Of a stretch of 64,000 nt of DNA, positions 12,506-24,984 are shown piece after piece. Numbering within the stretch: the first letter of the stretch is position 1; every line of letters starts with the position of its first letter. The notes under the pieces are model-generated. The model was not told the origin of the DNA. It worked only from the letters and a program-made list of their open reading frames with translations, and searched no databases. The stretch comes from Pseudovirgaria hyperparasitica (Eukaryota), in the NCBI GenBank assembly GCA_010093815.1, contig ML996583.1. One strand, written 5' to 3'. The translations under genes and the position numbers were made by a program.

Positions 12506-13826
12506 ATCAACCATCTCTTATCAATCAACCACGAACAGAACGAAACGGACAGGACGGCGTCACAAGAGCCTACAAGTCTACCTACTACAAACAAGAAAGA
12601 ACCAAAACAACTCTTAGTAGGACTTTCTTCGTACTGCCTCTACGCCTGCGAAAGTATGATGTTGTATAACATAGCATAACATAACATAGTATAACATGGC
12701 ATAATACAACACAACAACGTCTGATAGATTGATAGATTGATTGATAGATAGCTAGCGATGTAAGCAAAGCACGTTCAGTGTGACGAGGTAGATAGATAGA
12801 TACACACACACATCCCACCTCGAACCACTCTACAAACCCATACATATACCGACTCCCAACCCACCAGCATACTCCAGTACCAAGGCACCTCACAGCTCAT
12901 ACGAAGCCAAGAAAGGGAATTTTAAGAATCAGAAAAGAAAAACGAGTGTTATTTCGAAAGCGGGAGTACCATGGCGCATACTTCGGTGACATTTACCTTC
13001 CATTTACTTCCTTTACTACCTTATCTACCTTATCTACATTATCTACATGATCTACTGATTGATGTATATATGTCTGTATATATATATACCTCGCCTATGC
13101 ATCCATACCTCCATCCCCTCTTAACTACAGCTCTAGTACGGCAGTTTCCTTCTTGGAAATTGCTTGTGGACATCTCATGTGGGAGGGAGAGAGAGAGATA
13201 GCATGACCATGAGACGTGTGGCCTGTCTGGCATGAGCACGGTTCGGACTGGTTTGGGTCGATGAACCAACCTCCTGAGCTCGTCCTTTCTTGATCAGAGG
13301 TAGTATTTCCATTCCATGTCCGCGGACGCACGACTTTGTTCCTGTTAGGACGTACGAGGACCGTCGTGTTAGAGTCAGGGGCGGAGGGAGCTAGTGTGAC
13401 TGGGAAAGGGATATTGGACGAGGCTTGATGGTAGGCGGCGGTGGGTGCGAGGTGGGAGAAGCGGCTGGTGGGTGCGTGCGTTGGCTTTATGTGTTGTGTT
13501 AATGGGTAGGACTATAGCGTTTCGTGTATTGTTGTGCGTAGGGATATGGTCCTGGACCAACAGATAGGAGGACGTGATTCAAGGCACGACCTGACGCTTG
13601 ACATGGGATCCTTCTCAGGCGGGCGGGTGTATAGCAGGTGCTTAGGGGTAGCACGACATTCAAGGCTCTCCAAGCCAAGGGCAGTACCCATCTCTTAACC
13701 CTGTCAAGTCCACACCGCGTCGGGACAGGACAGACAGACTGCATCTTCCACCGTGGCTCTATACGTTTGTAGTCCTCCAGTCTGAACGAGGTCTCACTAG
13801 AACTGACGAATGTCTCGTCCATATGC

Positions 13827-15305
13827 TCATCCGTCAACCTCCATCTCCTGCTCCGACCCCTGCTCCCGATCCTCTTGAGCAGCTTGTTCCATCTCAGCCA
13901 TCTCAGCCATCTCCGCCCTCATATCCGGAGGCACCTCCTCGCTCGTCTCGTCGGCCAACTGCTCGTGCGCAAAAGTCTGCTCAATCGGCTCGTCACTTCG
14001 CCATATGCGCACCGTACGATCCAGTCCGCCCGAGGCGATAGCGCGTTCCGCAGGGTGACTGTCCACGCTCATGACCGGGCCCCTATGGCCTTCTAGACTC
14101 TGTAGAAGGATCTTGCTGCTGACGTCCCAGAGCAGTATGCGGCCGTCTTCGCTCCCAGACGCGACAAAGGCAGACTCGTATGGCTTCGTGCCGTACACGC
14201 CAAAGCATCCCGAGAGGGCGTACTTGCGGTTGAGATGGCCCTGGTACGTCTTGACACAGCGGCCCTTGCCCTCGACGTAGTTCCACAGCCGCATGCAGCT
14301 GTCCAGTGTCCAGGCAAGCAGGTATTTCCCATTCGGGCTGAACTTCACGCTTGTCACGGGCGCATTGTCTTCGTGGACGAGCGTCCGTAGACACTGTCCC
14401 GTTGCCGTGTCCCAGACTCTTATAAGCCCGTCGCTGGAGCAGGACGTGATGAGTGTGCCGTCACGCACAAAGTCCACGGCGCCGACGGGATCCGAGTGCG
14501 CGGGCAGAGATCGCATTGGCTTTGCGGTCCGCAAGTCCCAAAGGAACACGGCTTCGTCGTAGGAGCCAGAGACGAGCATGTTGCCTTTTGGCGAGAACGA
14601 CAGGGAGTACACATAGCTGTGGTGGCCCGTAAAGGCGGTCTTGTGAGGTTTACCCTAGGATCATGGTGTCAGCGATATTTCAACAATCAAAGCCACTGAG
14701 GAATGCGCACAGTTTCGACGTCCCAGAGTCGGATAGATTTGTCGTCTGAGCCAGAAGCTATAGTCTTCGAATCAGGACCCCATGCTATGCATGAGATGCC
14801 TGCGAAATGGCCCTCCAGAGTCTGCAGTAGTGACCCGGTGGTCGAGTCCCATATCTTGATCGAAGCATCCGCAGCTTTGACAAACGTGTTAGTAGCATCC
14901 TGTAGTCGCTCACAGATATCACCACTCACAGCAGCTTGCAATCCACCTCCCGTCGGGCGAATACTTGACCTGCGCAACGCCCTTCTTATGACCCCGCAGT
15001 ATCAGCTTCGGTTTATAGCCTAGTTGTCGTTCCCTCGGCGGGGAAGCCGACTTCTGAATGCCGTTTACGGAGGGTGATCGTGACTCGTAGACCTCGTTCT
15101 GACGCAATTCTTCGTGTTGTTGATGATAGGCTGCCTGGACATCGTCGAACTGGGGTTCTTCAACATCAGCAGCCAGGAAGCTGCGTGGTTGGAGTCCTGG
15201 GGACTGCTGTGCTGATATCGGTGAATGCGGTGGTCGCTCGGGAGTGCTGAAGCGAGCCAGGCCGTCTGGCGAGCGTTTGCGCTTTGGGGAGCGCTCTCTG
15301 TCCAT
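13827..15305 (-). CDS. SWD3: WD40-repeat COMPASS subunit Swd3/WDR5-like, 3 exons (15305-14930, 14874-14711, 14654-13827)
   Basis: GH...WD repeats, SPKGNMLVSGSYDEAVFLWD, AHSDPV and CVKTYQGH typical of WDR5. Splice junctions keep frame. Confidence 0.88.
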
Positions 15306-15440
15306 CGTGCTGGTGTTGTGAGAGTCCTTTGCTGAGTGAGTGAGGAGCTGGAAAAAGGCCAGTGTTGGTTTTGTGCAGATACTTTTCCCCTCTTCAGCGC
15401 ACAGCAGTGTAAAAAAAGGCGGAGGTCGCGCCTCGGGAGG

Positions 15441-15446
15441 ACGCGT
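15441..15446. promoter_or_regulatory. MCB-like ACGCGT in the ~260 bp bidirectional SWD3/ISC1 promoter
   Basis: Exact ACGCGT between two divergent start codons. Function is inferred. Confidence 0.35.
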
Positions 15447-15568
15447 CGAAAACCCAGCCTTGGCGCGGTCGACGTCACTCCGCCTTCAAGGATCTAGACA
15501 GGTGTCCGCGGTTTGAGACAATATGAAGTTTCCGGTTTCGACCTGATCTATGATACATACGTGGCTAA

Positions 15569-17135
15569 ATGGCAGGCTGCAGACCAACTTCGTCAACGCA
15601 GAAGCTCAACATCCTGTCACTGAACTGCTGGGGCCTCAAGTTCATAGCTAAGCACCGCAACGCCCGGCTTCAGGAAATTGGAACGCAAATAGCCAACGCA
15701 GAGCCACAACCGGACATCGTTGGACTACAAGAATGCTGGACACAGCAAGACTACCTGGCCATCCGTGAAAGGACGCGGCATATACTACCGTACGGGAAAT
15801 TCTACCACAGTGGCATATTCGGCGGCGGCCTGGTGATCCTGTCACGATGGCCGATCGAGGAAAGCAGCATGATGCGATACCCGCTCAACGGACGGCCAGC
15901 CGCTTTCTACCGTGGAGACTGGTTTGTAGGAAAGGGTGTTGCGTGTGCGAGGATCAGGATGGGAGCTGGCAAACGCGATATTGCCGAAGTATTCACCACT
16001 CATGTAAGCTGAGCATGTTGATGCTGATGTTGATGGAAAAGGGGCCGTAGCTGACAGCAGACAGCTTCATGCACCTTATGAGCGTGAGCCTCACGACTCG
16101 TACATCTGTCACCGTACAGCCCAAGCCTGGGAGATTGCAAAGTTGATGCGCGGCGCGGCCGAACGAGGCCACCTTGTTATTGCATTGGGCGACTTTAACA
16201 TGATACCACTATCACTAGCTCACCAACTTATCGAAGCGCACTCCGGATGCCGTGATGTGTGGAGGCTGATACACCCCGACTCCTCCATCGGCGCAGCAGT
16301 AGACGGTGTTGAGATGGCTCGAGGGGTCCCTACACCGTCTGCAGAGTTCAACATCACCACAAACGGCGCGACGTGTGACTCCATTCTCAACACTTGGCGC
16401 TGGGACTCGGCACGGCAGAAGGATCTCGACAAAGGGAGGAATCATCACGTCGATGCTAGTCTGGAGGACCCTCGCGCCAAACGACTTGACTACATATTCT
16501 TCTCCAGCGGCGGCCAGACACCCAAGCCTAGCAGTGCATCGTCCACGGGCATGTCCACCGAATGGACGCTCGAGTCAGCTCAGGTTGGCATGACGGGTCG
16601 ACATCCAGACCTTCACTGCAGCCTCAGTGACCACTTCTCTGTCGAATGCACCTTGACACGACTGACGCCCTCCTCGCCAGACGACGCAGTGCTGGGTGCA
16701 CCTGAAACCTCAAGCGTAGGTCAATACCTACCGCCAAGCACATACGACGACATACTGGAAATGACGCACAAGTACATGCGGCGCGAACAGATCCAACGCA
16801 AGCTGCGACTGGGACACATGGGCTACCAGCTTCTGCTCTCGATCGGCTGCCACATTGGAGTGTGGTGGGCACCGTATCCGTTTGTGGCGTTTATCTTGAT
16901 GCTCGTCAGTACGGTGGGGCTATCTGTTGGGATCATAGATGGGCTGATGGGAGGACTGTTTATCGGGAGTGAGATGAGGGCGCTCAAGGAATTCGAGTGG
17001 GAGGTGCAGACGGCGCGAGGACTTGCTGAGGTGGAGCGGGAACAGAGGAGCAGGAGCGGGCAGGGTGGGGAGGAAGGGATTGGGTTTCAGGGTGGAGAGG
17101 ATGGGATAAAGTTTCATGGTGGAGCGGAATCCTAG
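15569..17135 (+). CDS. ISC1: Inositol phosphosphingolipid phospholipase C (neutral sphingomyelinase family), intron 16004-16064
   Basis: SLNCWGLK, LQECW, TH|LHAPY, GDFN, RLDYIF and SDH motifs. Two C-terminal hydrophobic segments. Confidence 0.93.
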
Positions 17136-18932
17136 GGATGGGCTATGAATAGACGCGGTAGAGTTTTCCGAGATGAGAGGAGTGTTGGACGTGATGCTGC
17201 CATACTGGAGCGTGTTGTATTAAGGGATGCAGGCAGTGTTCAGGCAGTATTCAGGCAGTATTCAGGCAGCATTCAGGCAGCAAGTACTACAGTCCTGTCC
17301 AGGGACACAGCTCTAGCAACCCAAGTACATACTTACCTACCCACCTACAGCAAGGCTAACAAGATGAAACATCAAAACTGCGAGTAGGAACAAGCAAGCA
17401 AGTAATTGATTAATTAATTAATGAATCAATTAACTCCAACAGTAAATGAAGAACGGAAGTCAAATCTAAGATTTCAGCATGGCCGGGGGCGCCGCCATGC
17501 ATGACACACGGGGCGCGAAAGGGCCATTGGTATAGGCGCGATGCATGACATATGCTTGTCGGACATGGATGGACGGAGACGAAGTGGTTGGTGGTGGTTG
17601 GCATGTACAGTAATAGAAAAACAGCGTTTGGGAGGAGGAGGTATGTATGTATGCATGTATGTTGTGGTAGGTTGTAGGAGAAAAGGAGAAAAGGAGAAGA
17701 GAGGATTGAGTGGAGGTGGCTGGATGATGATGCTATTAGTAGAACAGCAGAGTAAGGGAACAGAAAGAAGCGATTGACAAGCATGATTATTCTCCGATGG
17801 CCGGTCTGGGCGATTGATGGATCATGGATAAGTATGCAGTACTTTGGTATAGAGGACTGCTACTGTGTGTCGGCAGCGCATGCATAGGTGCTATATTATG
17901 GTACAGTAGCATGATGTCTGTCGCCTCTCGCCTCGCCGCCTCACTTGCGCCCTGCATTTGCCAATTTTGCAGCAGCAGCAGCAGCAGCTCAACGGCGGCG
18001 GCGGCGGTGGTGGTGGTAGTCTGGGTGGCTAAAGAATTAACGGGGGGCTGGTGGCTGGTGCGTGCTTGGCTGGTCCGAGGTCGTAGTGATCCAGTGGGCT
18101 TGTCGGTCGGTCTGGCTGTCTGGCTGTCTGGCTGGTCTGGCTGCGGTCTGGCGGGGTAAATTGGTGTGTGGACTGGACTGGCTGGCTGGCTGGCTGGCTG
18201 GCTGTCTGTTGTCTGCTGTCTCTACTACCCAGCTACTGCCTACTACTGCCTACTACCGTCTACTACTGTCTACTAACCTACCTGCTAATCTCAACTGCCC
18301 CATCTGCTGCACTTTCTAGGGCGAGGCGGCAGGTGGGGCCTACATCACCACCACGACCAGCTAAAGCGTCAGTAATTGCAGCCTACTATGCTTTTAGTTA
18401 TGCCTACTAATTAGCCACCACGCACACAGTAGACAGTAGAGAGCTACCTTGGCCAGTCCAGTCATTAATTAGCATCCCCTCCATTCATCACTACTCTACT
18501 ATCACTAATACTGCCACTAATTACTACCCTCCACTGTCCACCCGGCCAGACTTGCCACACTTCCCTTCAACCTCCGAGCCCAACGAACCTTCTTTTGCAC
18601 TTGATGCCTGATTTCTGCCTGATTTGTCCTGCCATCTATCAACACCTGATCCCTTCTTCTTCTTCTTCCCTGGCCATTTGCTCTTCTTCCCACACACCAC
18701 ACACACACACGCACACACGCACACACATCCTTCACTCTCTCTCTTCTCACCACCATAATCCATACAATAATCCATAATAGCTCCCTACTACCCGCTACTA
18801 CTACCTACTACCTACCATCTCTTCCCTTGCCATCCAATATCGCTCCCTCACAGACATGCCATCCCATACACCCGTCCGTCACCACCTCTGATCCCAGTCC
18901 TCTGAACCTCTTGCGCGTCTTTGCGCAAGGTT

Positions 18933-20720
18933 ATGGCCTCTCCGACGCACCGTCCACATCCTGGCTGTCCTGCACTGACGCCTTCTGTCAGAGCTCCAAC
19001 TACATCGCCGCTCTCTCGTGAACGCGCCAGTTCGGCTGGGAGACTCTTGTCCGACGAGCTCAATCGTCCCGAGAGGAACGCTTCCCTCAGACGCGTCAAA
19101 GACAGTCATGAAGCTCTCCGCGCTCGCTCAACCCGCGCAAGAGGTGCCAGCAGTGGCAATCTCGATACCTCGGGTCCTGGTCGCTCCTTCACTGTCGGGA
19201 ATATCAACAATGGCTTCCTCTACCTAAGGTAATTCCATCCCATCCGTCCCTTCCCCAAATCTGCATGACTCGCTCGTCATGCCTCTTTTTGACTTTGACT
19301 AATAATCTCTCTACTTCCTTCCAGGCCTGTCGTACGACCTGGCCATCAGCGCATGCGTCCCTCGCCAGATCCATTCCTCATCTCTCCGCCCGTCTCGTCG
19401 ACCTTTGCCACTTCTGCTTCACTCGTTAAACCTCTCTACACCTCCGATGGCACTGTTGTCGTAGATTCAATGCCTGAAACACTGCCGCTTGCGAGCCTGC
19501 CATCTCCGTCGCCGTCTCCGCCGAGGCCGACAAATGTGGCCGTCTCATCCAAACCAAAAGGCATTCAGAAGAACTTTTTCAAACGTGCTCACTTGAGATC
19601 TCGCTCCTTTTCTACCGCCGATAAACCCCCCATCTCGGCTGATGCTCCTGGCACCTTCAAGGTCGTCATCGACAGACCAGACGATGCAAGACCCAAAACG
19701 ACCGAGACGCCGGTGCTTGAGGTGCCAATTCCACACTATAGACTGGGTACGCCTCAGTTCAGCTCCGGAGGCTCTGCAATCCTTCGCAGTTCAGTCTATA
19801 CCCGCACTTCTCGAAACGACGACGTCCGTTCGTCTGACATCACTCAAGGTAGACGTGGCGTCCATTCCATGCTGCGGCCGTCGTATGACTCGCCATACAT
19901 GTCACAGAGGCATTCCGTCTCGTCACCGCACATATACAACCGAATGGCCGTCCCGCCTGCAAAAGTACAGCCGTCTGACAGAGCGTCCGCCGCGGCGATT
20001 GAACCGCAAATATATGATGCTGCTACCACAGATCCCAACGACGAGGCTCACATACGAATAAATCCAGCAGGTGGAATTCTGGCTGCTACCCCATCACGAC
20101 TAATAGCACAAATTACCTCTCCCAATTTTTTGGACTACGAACTCTTGTCCGACTTCTTCTTGAGCTTCCGCTTGTTCTTGACAAGCACCGATGTAGTAGC
20201 CTATCTGATGGCTAGACTGCAATGGGCCGTCAGCCGCGCTGACGATCATGGTCGAATTGTCAGAGTACGAACCTTTGTCGCCCTGCGCCACTGGATACTA
20301 AACTATTTTGCCGACGATTTCGTTCCGGACCCAAACTTGCGAGATACGTTCTGTTCTTCTGTCAATGGCCTCTGCAAAAGCCTACAGGCTAGGGAGGATG
20401 GAGGAGGGGGTGATTTGAAGATTATGGGCGAGCTGAAGAAATGCTGGAGACGTACCTGTGCCACTTATTGGGGTCCTCCCACAACGGCAACTGAAATGCC
20501 TGACGATGACTTGCGACCAGGCGGTCCAGACCCTTCGACCTGCCTTCTCTTCGCCCAGCAAGGGCTGACCAAGACTCGAAATTCGGGGATTGCGAACCTC
20601 GGGCGGGACACCATGAGAGCAGATGGCAATATACTAGCCTCGAACCAAATTGCCTCGTATCGCCCCCCAAATCACACCCCTCAACAGTCACTTGTCACAT
20701 CTGCGCCACCGTTATCCGAT

Positions 20721-20762
<42 letters not shown>

Positions 20763-23700
20763 CAACAACAACAACAACAACACGAGGACGTAGTGCCGAT
20801 CTCGCCGTCCAGCGAGAGGAGCGTACATGCCATGTCTTGCTCAATCCCGGTGCGCTCTACGCATCGTGCAGAGCGCCCAGGTGATGCCACTTACAATCCA
20901 CCCCCTGTACTGGTACCGACTCCCTCTAGCAACCTTCATTCCGCCGTCGGGAGGTCCGCACGCCCTTCACAGAGCAATCATAAGCGGAGCGGCAGCTTCT
21001 CGGATGCTTTGAGAGATGTCCGTGCCCGGACACATGGCCATATCGATCACGACACTGCCGACAAACAAGGCTATACCCTTCCAGTCTTGCCGGGGAGCTT
21101 GGTCAGAGGGGCCGTCTACCAGCCCGGATCACCGTACATCAATGTCCGCCTACAGAATGACATGGTGGCCTCGACATCGAACCTCGATCTGGATCTGGCC
21201 GCCTTGCATGCGCTCCACTCTTCTGCTAAAATGGGGGGCGGCATCTCTAACAATGCGAGTGTGAAGAAGTTGATTGGCAGTGTACGACGCGCGTTAAGCA
21301 CGCGCCCTTTGCATAGTCATGCACTCAGCACACCATCCTCGAATCCTCTGGCTGCTACCTCCTCGATCATGAACCGGCAGTCCGATCCGAACATGATCAA
21401 TTCAGCTTCCTCAACAAGCAGCCAGCCAAGGTCCAAGAAGCTGAAGAAGCATATGCGAGCCGGGCCACAAGTCCGAGTCGACGTCCTCGCTGCTAGGATT
21501 GGTGAGAGCTTCAAGCGGGCCATCACCGAGGAATTGGAATTGGAAAAGTCGGGTCGGAGCAGCCTGCTTGTGGCGAATCTTGGAGGGCCTGACTCCCCAG
21601 CCATTCGACAGTCTCTTACTGTGCCGCACCATCCCCACGACGGCGGCTCCGGACATCTTGGCCGGCTTCACAGTGGTGTCACGACAGGAAGCCGGTCCAT
21701 TCTCATTGTTGATGATACGGGACCGCCCCCTGTCCCGGACATCAATTCTGGTACCCTATCGTCCTCTCATGCCGAGAGCGCAGCCACGAATAACAATTAT
21801 TCGCGGCCCATCATGGCAGCACCATCTATCGAGGCTCGGGTAAAGTCGGATATGCCTTCCAACATCCATATCTCTCTGTCGCCAGAGGAACGCGACTATG
21901 ATGCTGCTGCTTCAGCAGGCTACATCGAGTCATCCGACCTCACCCCAGCCTCTCGCTCTGGAGACGATGCTCGCAAGACCTTGTCTGTAGCATCAGGCTA
22001 TGCGCATCCACACTCGTTGTTTCGCCGTGGCACTTCTGGTACTACTTCCGCTCGACCATCTTCCTCCCTTCGCCGCTATGCCTCATACCACAGCGGACTC
22101 ATTAAAAGCCTAGGCCAAACTTTCCACAGCAAGCGCGAAACGACAACTTCCCAGGTACCGTCCGAGTCCTCGGACAGCGATCCTTTTCGTTACGAAAAGG
22201 CCCCGGCCAACAGGCTGCGCCGTCGCCCCGGCGGCAACCTTCGCAATGTGGACAATGTGCAAGAGCTAAAGCATACGCCCCGTCGCAGACACTCTATTGG
22301 GAGCATGTCGGTTCGTACAGAGTCCCTTGCCGTCCAGTCTTCAATGTACCGATCCCAGGGCCTTGTCTTTGACGATGACGACGAGGACACCCAAGTTCCC
22401 CTGGAATATTGCTCATCCAAAGTCGAGACTCTGCCGAAGAAGAGACTATCCCTGGTGCAAACACACTCTTCGCAGCCAAACATGCGTCCCTCGTTTGAAG
22501 CCGAAGTCGCAAAGCTGAGAGCCCTGCCGGATGATGAGGATGACGACGGTGGTGTTGAATCTACATTGTTGAAACTGGAGGGAAAGTTTGAGAGGCGTAG
22601 TCCCTCGACGGGCAACGTCTCACCCGTGCATTTTGCCTCCCAACCGGAGCAGTCTACTGCGATTAGTAGTCTCATGATCGATGACAATCGAGCATCCGAC
22701 TCCACAACTCCCAGGCGGCAGTCTCCCCTCGCACACTCCGTCGATACAGTATCACCATCTTATCTAGCTAATCAATTGGACGCGCCACATTCGATTGCAG
22801 AGTCAGAGGACTCGTACAATTCCGTCCCTCTTTTAGAACGTGGCTTTAGCGACGTCACAGCTTCTTCTAGGAGATACCGGTCCGCTGGCGGCGGCGGCGG
22901 CGGCATAGGCGAGGACCCATCATCGATACCACCCCGGAAATCTACGCAGCTACAGCGGATACTCTCTGATAAATCCTCCATTGTGCACGTCGAGAAGACA
23001 GACAGTCTCAAGGGCACCCCAGCGTCGCCCCTGCCCAACCCTGCTCACTGTTCGTTCCTTCTGGATGACAATCAAGATTTCAGTGATCATTCGTCCGACG
23101 TGCCGGCCGATTTCTACGAAGACTCGGAGAATGGTTCGGATTACCGAGTGCGCAGTTTCTTTGACGACGAGCCTGCAGACTTTGACAACGAGATGGCTCA
23201 CCCAATTCGCCATCCGCCTACACCTCCAGCGACACTGGAGTCTATGACCACTCCCACTGATTCGGCAACTTCGATTCACACTGCGCTCTTCCAGCAAGGT
23301 CTCCCGACTCCAGGCATGACGCCACCTTCCCACGACGTGGATGTGGAACATCATTTCAAGCAGACCGAAGCTGGCTTTGCTGAGGAACCACCGACTCCAA
23401 GATCGGTCCCGGACCACGTCACCGCTGCATCTGGCTCCACGAAGCCTCTGGTCCATCTTCCTTTCATCCTGGCCTATCCCTCCGAAGTGCTTGCAGAGCA
23501 GTTCACCGTCATAGAAAAGGACGCATTGGATGAGATTGACTGGAAAGAGTTGATTGAGCTTCGCTGGCGCCAATCATCACCCTCAATCCAAGACTGGGTA
23601 GAATATCTCCGAACCGAGCAGCCGCGCGGTGTTGATGTTGTCATCGCACGCTTCAATCTCATGGTGAAATGGGCCCTGTCTGAGGTCGTGCTCACGTCAG

Positions 23701-24227
23701 ACATGGAAGAGCGTGCCAAGTGTCTCATCAAGTACATCCACATTGCTTCTCACGCCCGCAGGCTCCGAAACTACGCCACCATGTATCAGATCACTGTTGC
23801 TTTGCTGTCGAGCGACTGCGCCCGTCTCCATCGAACCTGGGAGCTGGTCCCACCAGCTGACCGTGCGACCCTCGCCGAGCTTGAAGCGCTTGTCCAGCCG
23901 ATGCGAAATTTCTATGCCTTGCGAATGGAGATGGAGACTGCCTCTGTCGACGAAGGGTGCATCCCTTTCATCGGCATCTACACGCGTGACCTGGTGTACA
24001 ATGCGCAGAAACCGGCCTATATAGGAACCCAGGGCGATGGCCAGGAGAAGCTGATCAACTGGGAGCGCCATCACACCGCAGCGTCGATTGTCAAGAGCTT
24101 GCTCCGTCTTTTGGAATCCAGTGGAAAATACACCTTCTCACCAGATCCGACCGTAGTGAGCAAGTGTCTGTGGATGGCCGCACTGACCGATGAAGACATC
24201 GCCCGAGCGAGCCGGGAACTGGAGTGA
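18933..24227 (+). CDS. LTE1: Lte1-like RasGEF (REM + CDC25 domains), intron 19229-19324
   Basis: RVRTFVALRHWILNYFADDF REM motif and C-terminal LAEQFTVIEKDALDEIDWKEL...GCIPFIGIY domain. Upstream exon joins in frame. Confidence 0.88.
20721..20780 (+). repeat. CAG/CAA tract encoding 20 Gln in the Lte1-like protein
   Basis: Direct sequence and translation. Confidence 0.95.
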
Positions 24228-24984
24228 CCAGAGGCCTACCTTGATTGTTAATCCCCCAATTGTATTCCATGTTTTTTTTTTCTCTCCCCAGTTGATTTCA
24301 AGCTTGGATACCCGCATCATAATGACATGTTGTCTGATGCTACGAACGTCACGGATCCTTTTTTTGCATATACCAATGGCATAGCGCAGCACGGCATAGC
24401 GCAGCACATCAGGGCATTTGCCGCCCGACACTCGCTCGGCGTGGTGGTACGATAATGAGTTTTCTCTCTTGGATTTTGCTGTTTTGTGTGTTTTTAGATC
24501 TGCATGTCCCAACCGGGTCGCCCACGCGAACGGGGCATTTGTCACGGCCGTTTTCTATATAGGAGGATATGTTCGGGAAGCTCCATGTCATATCATACCT
24601 GGGACTAGCCCCCAAGCAGCAATCCGATGATTTTGCCCTCCACTTTTGCGGTGGAGCCTGCCTGCCAAGCAGTACTTGAACGGCTTGTGCGTCTTGTGTG
24701 TGCTTGTGCTTGTGCTTGTGCGTTTTGTAGTGTGCCTCGTGCGCGAATTTGATCGACGCCAGCATGGCATTGCGTGCATGTATGTCTTTGGCAGATCGAG
24801 TATGGGTTCAGTTCTCCGAAGATTTTACAAGCATCATCCCCCTTGTGATTGATAATAAAAATTGGGCTAGAGTAGGGGGAAATTCTTTGTGACGATCATC
24901 TACTGTAGGTAATTAGTTGGTCACTGTACTAACCTTGGTTGGTAAGTATACATATATATATGATATGTATGACACAGGTAAGGA

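Larger units (their letters stand above)
10113..13657 (+). ncRNA. Candidate large structured non-coding RNA, family unassigned
   Basis: No credible ORF. Many nested long-range helices, with G-U pairs favouring the + strand (see findings). Boundaries approximate. Confidence 0.4.

Noticed and set aside
13508..13556. GACTA...GATATGGTCC resembling group I intron P7 (R/S)
   Set aside because: It forms a plain stem without the bulged G-binding site, and no P/Q elements are seen.
13695..13704. TAACCCT as telomerase template
   Set aside because: Only 7 nt match the CCCTAA repeat, and it lies ~120 nt from the SWD3 stop, leaving no room for a downstream pseudoknot. CCTAACC at 12403 sits in a microsatellite.
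17329..17338. ATACTTACCT, the U1 snRNA 5' end
   Set aside because: No U1 stem-loops or Sm site follow, and the context is simple repeat.
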